From positions 15,748,001 through 15,812,000 of the forward strand of contig OX597835.1 of NCBI GenBank assembly GCA_951406725.2: a stretch of DNA of 64,000 bases, in the 5' to 3' direction. Source of the stretch: Octopus vulgaris (Eukaryota). Shown here piece after piece: positions 10,901 to 64,000 of the stretch. A model generated the notes under the pieces. The model was not told where the DNA came from and did no database searches. It saw nothing but the letters and a program-made list of their open reading frames with translations. The number at the start of each line of letters is the position of its first letter. Positions within the stretch are counted from its first letter, which is position 1. The translations under genes were made by a program, and so were the position numbers.

Positions 10901-12317
10901 GAATAAAAAATGATGTTAAATTATTTTTAAAATTGTAGACTCATCGTTGACGCGCGCTAATAGTCAGACGGGCTTGATATTAATCACGACTATAAGATAC
11001 CCGAATTTGGTTAAACTGCACCGCAAAATGTGGGAGTAGTTAGGAATCTAAATCGAAGGGGACAGACACTCACACAACTAGAGTTTTATATATATATATA
11101 GATATTAATACACAATATCTATAACATGTATACCTTAATACATAATACTCTTACTTGTTTCAGTCATTTGACTGCGGCCATGCTGGAGCACTGCATTTAT
11201 AGTCGAGCAAATCGACCCCAGAGCTTATTCTTTGTAAGCCTAGTACTTATTCTATCGGTCCGGTCTCTTTTGCCAAACTGCTAAGTTACAGGGGCAGTAA
11301 ACACACCAGCATCAGTTGTCAAGCGATATTGGGGGGAAAACTTGATTGCATAGCAAGCTTTCCATTTGCCTTCCCTTCTGACTGCATTCAGCAACGCAGT
11401 CAACTGCAGCAAGCAGTGCTTAGTCGAGTGCATTCAAATTGCCTGTTACAGCAGAGTCTCCTTCAATCTAGAATAACAAAAGTTGGCAGTGCAGCTTATT
11501 AGATGTATGATGAATATATTAAAATTCCAATAATCTCGGTCCGTTAATAACTACGTCTCCTAACAAAAAGTCTCAAAACTTTTGGAATGCACCGCATATA
11601 TAATCTGAAGATGTATTTTATGCAATTCAGTTGGATTTGATTACAGTTAAGTTCACTGCCATCAAGTCATCGCTGGAGAGTTCACCATTCAAATATAGCC
11701 ATGGCATCTCTCCATTAACCCTTTCGTTACCGTGTTTATTTTGAGATGCTCTGTGTTTCATTCAATTAATTTCAAATATAACAAAGAATTTAGTAAAAGA
11801 ACTCAGTTATCATTAAACTAGTGTTGGGAACATAAATTGTGACTAAGGTTTGGTGGAAGATTTTAATTCAATACTTATGAAAGTAAGACATTTGTACTAC
11901 AGAGCCAGAAGCAGTTTTGGCTGGGTTGGTATCAAAAGGGTTAAGAATTGTTTCTCTATTATATATTTTAACCCTTTTGTTACCATATTGCTGTTGAGAT
12001 GCTCTGTGTTTCATTAATTAATTTTAAATATAACAAAGAATTTAGTAAAAGAACTCGGTTATCATTAAACTAGTGTTGGGAACATAAATTGTGACTGAGG
12101 TGGTGGAAGATTTTAATTCAAAACTTGAAAGACATTTGTACTACAGAGCCAGAGGCAGTTTTGGCCGGGTTGGTAACGAAAGGGTTAAAACTATTTTGTT
12201 GAGAAAAAACAGTGAACTCACCAGACACGTTTGATTCATTATGTAATCTTGTATACTTTCTCATTTATTCCAGATTCAGAAACAGCAAAAGACAAATTAG
12301 AAGAGACAGGAAGTTGA
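2112..12317 (+). CDS. ZNHIT6: Box C/D snoRNA protein 1 (zinc finger HIT domain protein 6), 8 coding exons, about 262 aa
   Basis: Exons 2112-2125, 3410-3594, 6007-6089, 7636-7739, 8278-8346, 8439-8600, 10343-10470, 12274-12317. All are GT-AG with compatible phases (789 nt). The zf-HIT CDVC..KYRCPCC..TCSLTCVKQHK..CSGVRNKT is followed by LLNDYRLLED and LLEHPVIHV, typical of BCD1/ZNHIT6. Confidence 0.92.
3410..3594 (+). CDS. ZNHIT6: ZNHIT6 exon 2 (zf-HIT domain)
   Basis: tttag|T GAA ATT GCC AAA TGT...AAT G|gtaag; EIAKCDVCQKQPFKYRCPCCSKQTCSLTCVKQHK. Confidence 0.95.
4355..4930 (+). mobile_element. Penelope-like/retrozyme-like insertion with inverted arm and terminal redundancy
   Basis: 4355-4540 is the reverse complement of 4794-4930 plus 4541-4614. 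tagtatggcgataactattaattt recurs at 4541 and 4908. tatatataggtc flanks both sides as a TSD, and a hammerhead lies inside. Confidence 0.75.
4716..4758 (+). ncRNA. Minimal type I hammerhead ribozyme, U3:A8 core variant
   Basis: gctgca-TTGATAA-aggg caacta ccct-GAAA-cgcG-TC^-tgcagc. Confidence 0.75.
6007..6089 (+). CDS. ZNHIT6: ZNHIT6 exon 3
   Basis: DYRLLEDTARVTDKCKRDPLLKHHKSRS; ttcag| and |gtaagt. Confidence 0.93.
6510..6990 (+). mobile_element. RTE-clade LINE 3' end (ORF2 C-terminus, 3' UTR, (GAT)n tail)
   Basis: Reads VEGTCGRDRPRKTWDEVVRKDLRMLDLTEEVTRD. The same 3' end recurs at about 3705-4100, 5601-5860, 14183-14358, 26245-26385, 29300-29560 and 49745-49936. Confidence 0.7.
7636..7739 (+). 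CDS. ZNHIT6: ZNHIT6 exon 4
   Basis: LLWLTKETHKRHIHLKSLPYNMERRKHNTSIFNFK; phases 0/2. Confidence 0.88.
7764..8147 (-). mobile_element. Dominant tRNA-derived SINE with internal (TA/CA)n microsatellite
   Basis: A/B-box-like head (tggctatgtggtaag...ggttcagtccca). Near-full copies also at about 12655-13051, 19345-19710, 23519-23915, 30093-30482, 41478-41871, 42451-42822 and 54905-55322, plus many fragments. Confidence 0.85.
8278..8346 (+). CDS. ZNHIT6: ZNHIT6 exon 5
   Basis: SKLIQWDVSWVFPQAGVSLKEER; |gtaag donor. Confidence 0.9.
8439..8600 (+). CDS. ZNHIT6: ZNHIT6 exon 6
   Basis: MSEDLTIMEAFQSIF...LCFLMKAEMHPSKDM; phases 2/2. Confidence 0.9.
10343..10470 (+). CDS. ZNHIT6: ZNHIT6 exon 7
   Basis: YYTLQADKTFLDNLYGKTLLEHPVIHVIF...; |gtaagt donor. 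Confidence 0.92.
10599..11102 (-). mobile_element. Non-autonomous Helitron
   Basis: The minus strand starts TC(tatata) and ends ...gcgatactgCTAG, inserted between A and T. It is homologous to 52404-52803, but its terminal hairpin is partly deleted. Confidence 0.75.
11719..12184 (+). mobile_element. Tandem pair of piggyBac-type MITEs (family 1)
   Basis: Units 11719-11940 and 11972-12184, each ttaa|CCCTTT...AAAGGG|ttaa. Confidence 0.85.
12274..12317 (+). CDS. ZNHIT6: ZNHIT6 terminal coding exon
   Basis: ttccag|AT TCA...AGT TGA (NSETAKDKLEETGS*); the phase fits and AATAAA follows at 12340-12345. Confidence 0.7.
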
Positions 12318-13816
12318 AACTAGGGGCAGAGTTTATGTAAATAAAAATAGTTTAGGAAATTGTATTTTGTTTCGTCACACACAGGAAAGTTTTTGATGAT
12401 AAAATCAGTTTTGTTTCTTAGACTTTTAAGCTGTTTACTTTATTAAAATAATCTTTTCTTTTACTTGTTTCATTCATTAGACTGTCGCCATGCTGGGGCA
12501 CTGCCTTGAAGAAATTTTACTTGACTGAATCGACCTTGGTACTTATTTTATCGATATCTTTTGCCGCACTGCTAGGTTATGGAGATGTAAATGCAAGCAG
12601 TGGTGGGGGACAAACACAAGCACAAAAACACACACACACATTTGCATACACTCTTATTCTTTTACTTGTTTCAGTCATTTGACTGTGGCCATACTGGAGC
12701 ACCGCCTTGAGTTGAGCAAATCGACCCCAAGACTTATTCTTTGTAAAAGCCCAGTACTTATCCTATAGGTCTCTTTTGCCAAACCGCAAAACGGGGACGT
12801 AAACACACCAGCATCGGTTGTCAAACAATGCTAGAGGGACAAACACAGACACACAAACAAACACATACCTACATATATATATATATATATGATGGGCTTC
12901 TTTCAGTTTCTGTCTACCAAATCCACTCAAGGCATTGGTTGGCCCGGGGATATAGCAGAAGACACTTGCCCAAGGTGCCACGCAGTGGGACTGAACCCAG
13001 AACCATGTAGTTGGTAAGCAAGCTACTTACCACACAGCCACTCCTGCACCTATTGTCAATGATTTGTTAAGAAGTATGGTAGCTGCAGGGGAAATATTGC
13101 AAGTTATGGACCCCAAGCTCTTCCATGTAATCTGCTTCTCCCACCTTGTGCACAACTGTGCTCTAAAAATAAAGGCCTTCTTTACAGTAGTTGATTGTTT
13201 GATTGCCAATGTCAAGAGCAAGCCAAAACAATTGACTGTGCACCTCAGCTAATTGTGACCAGGCAGGACAGCTGGTTGGAGGCCAGCAATGACTTTGCTA
13301 AGAACCGTGCAGAAGTTTTTAAAAATCCTAATGTAAGGACTAACCACACCCAAATCTGTTCAAACTATCTGCAGTTGAAAAAGTTGATTTTGAAAGCTGA
13401 GTCAACAGCCTTCGCCATCCACATCATCATCATCGTTTAACGTCTGTTTTCCGTGCTAGCACGGGTTGGACAGTTCAACCAGGCTCCAGTCTGATCTGGC
13501 AGAGTTTCTACAGCTGGATGCCCTTCCTAACGCCAACCACTCCACAATGCTTATAAAAGCTTCAAAAATATGAAATTCCATGAAGACCCATGTTACATCA
13601 TGAATTACATTGAGGTTTCACCCATGGAATATGCAGAATGCCAAGTGACATTAGCTGCTGTAGAAGGCAGTTTTCAATGCCAAAAAAAATCCTTGTTAAA
13701 GACAGGAATTTTTTGCCTACAAATATTTATCGTACTACAATAAATGAGTTTTTAAAATTGTTTTGATAATACTTGTCTGTCATAATCAAAACTAGAGTGA
13801 ACCCTCTAATGTTTAT

Positions 13817-14090
13817 CACGTGACCGACCAGACCATCAGATGTTGTTACACATCGCTGGTCACAATGCGTTCGCATTGTTTTAGCTTTCAAATGAAGCCA
13901 CCCCACTGGCTAAGCGAGCAGGCCAACAGAAGAAAGAGTACAGTAGGGATCACCACCCCCTGCCGGAGCGTCGTGGAGCTTTTTAGGTGTTTTCGCTCAA
14001 TAAACACTCACAACGCCCGGTCTGGGAACGAAACCGCGATCCTGCGACAGCGAGTCCGCTGCCCTAACCACTGGGCCATTGCGCCTCCAC
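13817..14090 (-). mobile_element. tRNA-derived SINE (second family)
   Basis: Head gtggaggcgcaatggcccagtggttaggg...gtttcgttccc on the minus strand; 11-bp TSD ctaatgtttat. Confidence 0.8.
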
Positions 14091-14699
14091 CTAATGTTTA
14101 TAGATTTGTTACTAATAATAAGGTTAAGCTGAGGTAAAAATCTATTGATAAAGATAAAGTTTAAAAATTATATAAATAATGCGGGTGGCACGTAAAAAGC
14201 ACCCACTACACTCACGGAGTGGTTGGCGTTAGGAAGGGCATCCAGCCGTAGAAACACTGCCAGATCTGACTGGGCCTGACGAAGCCTTCCAGCTTCACAG
14301 ACCCCAGTTGAACCGTCCAACCCATGCTAGCATGGAAAGCGGACGCTAAATGATGATGAAGGTTAAAAATATTACTCTAATTATTACATATGAAATGTCA
14401 TCAGTAACAAAATATCTCAGATGGTAATATAAATAGATGAACTCTTTCTACTCAGAAGCAATATTCTTGATCAAGTTACACTGGGTGATAACTGAAAACC
14501 TGGTAACGACATGCCAACAGCTAATTAAAAAAAGAAATGCATGAAATAAATGTAAACATTAATTAATTAATTAGAGATAAAAGAAATGTTTATGCTTAAC
14601 GATTTTATTTATTTCATAATGGTAACCGACAAAAACAAGGAAACATTTTGGAAACTTCAACTTAATAAATTCGTTTTTTTTCTGTTCACATTTTCCTTT

Positions 14700-14796
14700 A
14701 ATATATATATATATATATATATGTGTATATATATATATATTATTTATCTGTGTATATATATATTATTTATCTGTGTATATATATATATATTATTTA

Positions 14797-14833
<37 letters not shown>

Positions 14834-14922
14834 TATCTGTGTATATATATATATTATTTATCTGTGTATATATATATATATATATATATTATTTATCTGT
14901 GTATATATATATATATTATTTA

Positions 14923-14953
<31 letters not shown>

Positions 14954-15272
14954 TATTTATCTGTGTATATATATATATATTATTTATCTGTGTATATATA
15001 TATATATATTATATATAATTTATCTGTGTATATGTATATATAATACATATATAAATAAATTGTGTGTGTATGTATATATATTATATATAAAATATTTATC
15101 TGTGTGTGTATATATATTTAATTTATCTGTTGTATCTATGTATGTATATATATATAAATAGTGTGTGTGAGTACATATATTATTTATCTGTGTGTGCATG
15201 CATATATATATGAATGATATCTGTATGTATGCGTGTGTGTGTGTGTATATATATATATATAAATCATTCATC

Positions 15273-15304
<32 letters not shown>

Positions 15305-15325
15305 CATATATATACACACATACAT
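14700..15325. repeat. Compound (TA)n minisatellite with recurring tattatttatctgtg unit
   Basis: Directly visible tandem array; source of the spurious YI/CV ORFs. Confidence 0.9.
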
Positions 15326-15687
15326 AGTTTGGCACTTTGTACTCCATTCCTTGCTTTGTGGAATTCAGTTAGTGATTTTTTTTTTCTCTTCTTTAAGGCA
15401 ATTTCATTTTAGTTTTTTTTTTTTTTTTTCAAATATTTTCTTTAATTAACCATTTTGTGCAAATTGCCAACAAAATATATTTTTTTTCGTAATTGGTTAA
15501 AAGATAACGTGGGTGTCTATATACAGTAATGATGCAAATCTTTTTATAGTTTTTTTAAAATTTTTTTTTACAAGAATATTGTCCAAACGGCACAAGATGA
15601 GCAGAATTGCCATCTTGCAAAGATTGTCTTTGAATAATAATAATATTAATTATAATAATAACAATAGTAATTCTTTGAAGTTCGTCA

Positions 15688-60607
<44,920 letters not shown>

Positions 60608-61754
60608 CTGTAAATAAAAAAGGAAAACATTAAAAAATACAGATGAATTATGCTGACGTGGTTTGAAGGAAGGTTGTTGGTCTGGGTGTGGAGATGACCA
60701 GTTGAGTTGATGAATGAAAATATGTTTCTTGGGATGTATGAAGAAGTAATTGAACAACACTCACAAATATTTAACAGATTTTCTTATCACACATAAAGAC
60801 AAACTGTGTTGGTCTTTTACGGATGGCAGCAGCAAGAATTACATTCGAGGAATTTATGGTCAGTTATTGATATGGCAACGTGTAGCATGCTCAACATAAC
60901 TGGAAACAATTGTGCTATATTCGTGGTGACAGAGGTTCCCGTCATTTATCTTAGCCGCCTTCCTGGGTTGTCTGGGTGGTAAAAATGCATACCGTCTGGT
61001 GCGGCAAGAATGGAGACACCCATTGCTCAGCTGCCTCAATATTCTGAAATTAACTACCACCAAAAGCAGTCTTTTATTAATTACCACCAAAAGCAGAAGA
61101 GTCTCAAATGGCTTCATGCCAATTGGCTGCTTGATAGACCGATCACGTGAATCTATTGTGGTTCAGGCGTGATGTCTGACCGGTTACCTAACGGTTCAGT
61201 TTCAAATCACCACTACAATACTGTCATCACATTTTTTATCATACATTAATCATACTGAAATTTTTCCATATCATTAAAAGAAATTTAATATATCAAAGTT
61301 TAACATCTATTTTTTTCCATGCCAGTTTCCAAGGTAATATTTCTTTGAGGCCAGACACATTTTTTCACAGATTAGAAATGGAAAAATAAAAATTTACCCC
61401 CCACCCCACCCAAATGCTTGTATAACAACAATGCCCGTTTACAATCATGTGATGTCAAGTCAAGAGTACACACAAACACACATATACAGCTTTCAGTTTC
61501 TGTCTATCAAATCCACTTACAAATCTTTGGTTGGCTCAGAGCTATGGGAGAAGATACTTGCTCAAGGTGTCATGCGATGAGACTGAACTCAAGACCTCAT
61601 GGTTGGGAAACATGCTTCTGTACTACACAGCTACACCGAAAAGCCATGCCTGCACCTATAATCATCATCATTTAACATCCGTTTTCCATGCTAGCATGGG
61701 TTAGCCCATGGATAACGGAAGTTAAATGACACACACATACACAATTATATATAT

Positions 61755-62098
61755 GATGATGGCCGTCCACTCCTGACCGAGGAAGACCATTGCCGACCTT
61801 CAGGAACATTGTGCGCTCTAGGACTAACTTATATTTTGCATTTGTGGCTCCGTTGGTGGCTAATGAGCCCTGCTCTTGACAAGCATACACGACTGCAAAC
61901 ATTGCTGACCAAGCTTTCCCCATTCACTATACGAGCCGTGCGCTTTCGGACAGCTCGCCTAAGTTCTTCATGCTGGATACGTGCTCTCTCAAAAGTGTCG
62001 ATCCCCTCCTTAACCGGCTTCCTCCATCTGTGGTAATGACAGGCATTGTTCTCCCAGTCAGTGTCCTGCATATCACAGGCCTTTAACGAGGACTTGAC
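61755..62098 (-). mobile_element. RTE (BovB-like) LINE 3' end with C-terminal zinc-finger-like motif
   Basis: KSSLKACDM..DWE..A..WRKPVKEG..FE..R...CSRVCLSRAGLISHQRSH*, then a (CAT)n tail. Confidence 0.75.
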
Positions 62099-62371
62099 AC
62101 ACACACACACACACACATGATAGGCTTTCAGTTTCTGTCTACCAAATCCACTCATGAGGCTTTTGTTGGCCCAGGGCTGTAGTAGAAGATACTTGCACAA
62201 GGTGCCAGTGAGACTGAACCCAGAACCATGTGGTTGGGAAGCAAGGTCCTTACCACACAGCCAAGCCTGCACCTATATAGGTCAGGCAAATCAAATTAAA
62301 GCCTGGTCCTTATTCTGTCAGTCTCTTTTACTGAACTGCTAAGCTACATGGGCATAAACAAACACTGGTGT

Positions 62372-62413
<42 letters not shown>

Positions 62414-63459
62414 GATGAGCTTCTGCAGCTTCCATCTACCAAATTCACTCACAAAGCATTGGAAATTATGAACACACTAAATGTCGAGATACGAGGCACA
62501 AGCAATTCCAATGACCCAGTTTTCAGCAATGTGACAATTATAACACTTTAAAAAAATAAAGTTACATTGTTATTCCCAAAGCTACTTATTTTGCTTTTTA
62601 TCCACTTTTTCTACAAAAGTAGTGCATTTGTTTAACTATTTTTAGAAATAGTTTACTTGCTTTGTGTCTGTTCATCCATAACAGACTCAGCTGGACAAAT
62701 ATTTTTGAAGCATTGTTCAACAGCCAGATGCCATTCCTGTTATTAGCCTTTATTCTTCAAGTAAGAGTGTTTTTTTGTCTTGTTTTTATTCCATGCATCT
62801 TCGTCAGTAATGTTATATAAGTGGAATCATGGCCACGTGGTTGAGAAGCTCTTTATAAAGCCATTGAATTCTGGGTTTCAATTCCAATTCACAGCACCTT
62901 GGACAAATGATGTCCACTGTCGCCTCCAGGCTGACCAATGCTTTGTGAGCAAATGTGGCAGATGGAAACTGCATGGAAGCCCATAGTGTGAGCACGTGTA
63001 TGTGTGTGTATATATACAGGGTTATTCAAAAAGAATGAACCGATTTCATTATGCAATATTTTAATAAGGAAAAGCAATAGAAAACTCCAGCTGAGTCACA
63101 AGTATTTACTCACAATAAACTTTTATTCCCTGTCTTACAAGTGTTCAATGACTGAAACCAGTAGATCCAAGGCTCCACTACAGCCCAGGGCTGGTCAAAT
63201 TCCCGTGAGCAGATTTGGCAGATGGAAACTGAAAGAAGCCTATCATATATGTGTGTGTGTGTGTGTATTACTATCTCCTGGTCTTGACATTCTATGGTGA
63301 TTGTATGCAGAGTCTACTTTTATGCAAACAGGGCCCAAACAATAAACCATTTCCCTTGAATAAATATGTTAAAAATTAAGTTTGTGAGTTGCTTCATTTA
63401 TTAGAGACAGAGCCATTTAAACCATACAATGATTGTTTTCAACAACACACAACACCAAC

Positions 63460-63951
63460 ACATAAAATTATCAACCATCGTACAAACAATAACTCTGAGC
63501 ACCTTTTCAAACTCCACCCATCTAACACCCGTGGACATATTTACAAAGTCAGAAAACAGCACAGCTCCCATGACTTCAGGAAACATTTTTTCACGCTGAG
63601 AGTTGCTGAAGCATGGAACAAACTGCCGGCATCAGTTGTTAGTTGTCGGAGCACTGCATCCTTCAAAACTTCCATGCTTTCTGAGATTCGCCAATACTAC
63701 ACCTAATTTTCTCAAAACTTCCATGCTTTCTGAGATTCGCCAACACTACACCTGATTTTCTCAAAACTTCCATGCTTTCTGAGATTCGCCAACACTACAC
63801 CTGATTTTCTCCCCTCCATACACACACAAGCATGTATCTGACTCATGCATTGTTCGCTTTCCAGACATTTGTACATTACTGCATATACTCAGACAAGTTG
63901 TGGTGCACCTGAGCACTGTATACAATAATTTCATTATTATTATTATTATTT
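63460..63951 (+). mobile_element. CR1-clade LINE 3' end with a triplicated 49-bp segment
   Basis: NTRGHIYKV...RKHFFTLRVAEAWNKLP..VV....SFK, then an (ATT)n tail. The same tail appears inverted at about 31615-31705. Confidence 0.85.
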
Positions 63952-64000
63952 TAAGAAGCAACCAGCATGATATTAGTGACCAAATATTCTTGTGACAAAA

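Noticed and set aside
2126-12273. Intronic box C/D snoRNAs in ZNHIT6
   Set aside because: TGATGA motifs come from (GAT)n LINE tails; no C/D pair with a terminal stem or rRNA guide was seen.
14586-15449. YI/CV-rich ORFs (also 20111-20736, 38964-39313)
   Set aside because: Microsatellite and minisatellite translations.
60993-61043. Possible 51-nt in-frame cassette exon (ttcag|NIEAAEQWVSPFLPHQT|gtatg) upstream of ABCC exon 60607
   Set aside because: No resemblance to ABCC TMD0 sequence; such splice-like pairs occur by chance and need RNA-seq support.

Overview
Repeat-dense, AT-rich animal DNA. The SINE and microsatellite landscape looks like octopus (an inference from remembered repeat families, not a search result). 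Two convergent spliced genes can be rebuilt by hand with consistent GT-AG phases. The first is ZNHIT6/BCD1 (+ strand, 8 coding exons, 2112-12317, about 262 aa). The second is a long-type ABCC/MRP1-like transporter (- strand, 28 coding exons, 60607 down to 15688, 1463 aa in the window, with its first exons beyond 64000). Introns are filled with tRNA-derived SINEs, RTE/CR1 LINE ends, mariner relics, piggyBac and hAT MITEs, Helitrons and minisatellites. The main unexplained layer is at least seven minimal hammerhead-ribozyme motifs in Penelope/retrozyme-like inserts, including U3:A8 and G3:C8 compensatory core variants. A second layer is a set of local inverted duplications, one of which is an antisense copy of an ABCC exon end and its splice donor. 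Most ORF-track entries are microsatellite or SINE artefacts.
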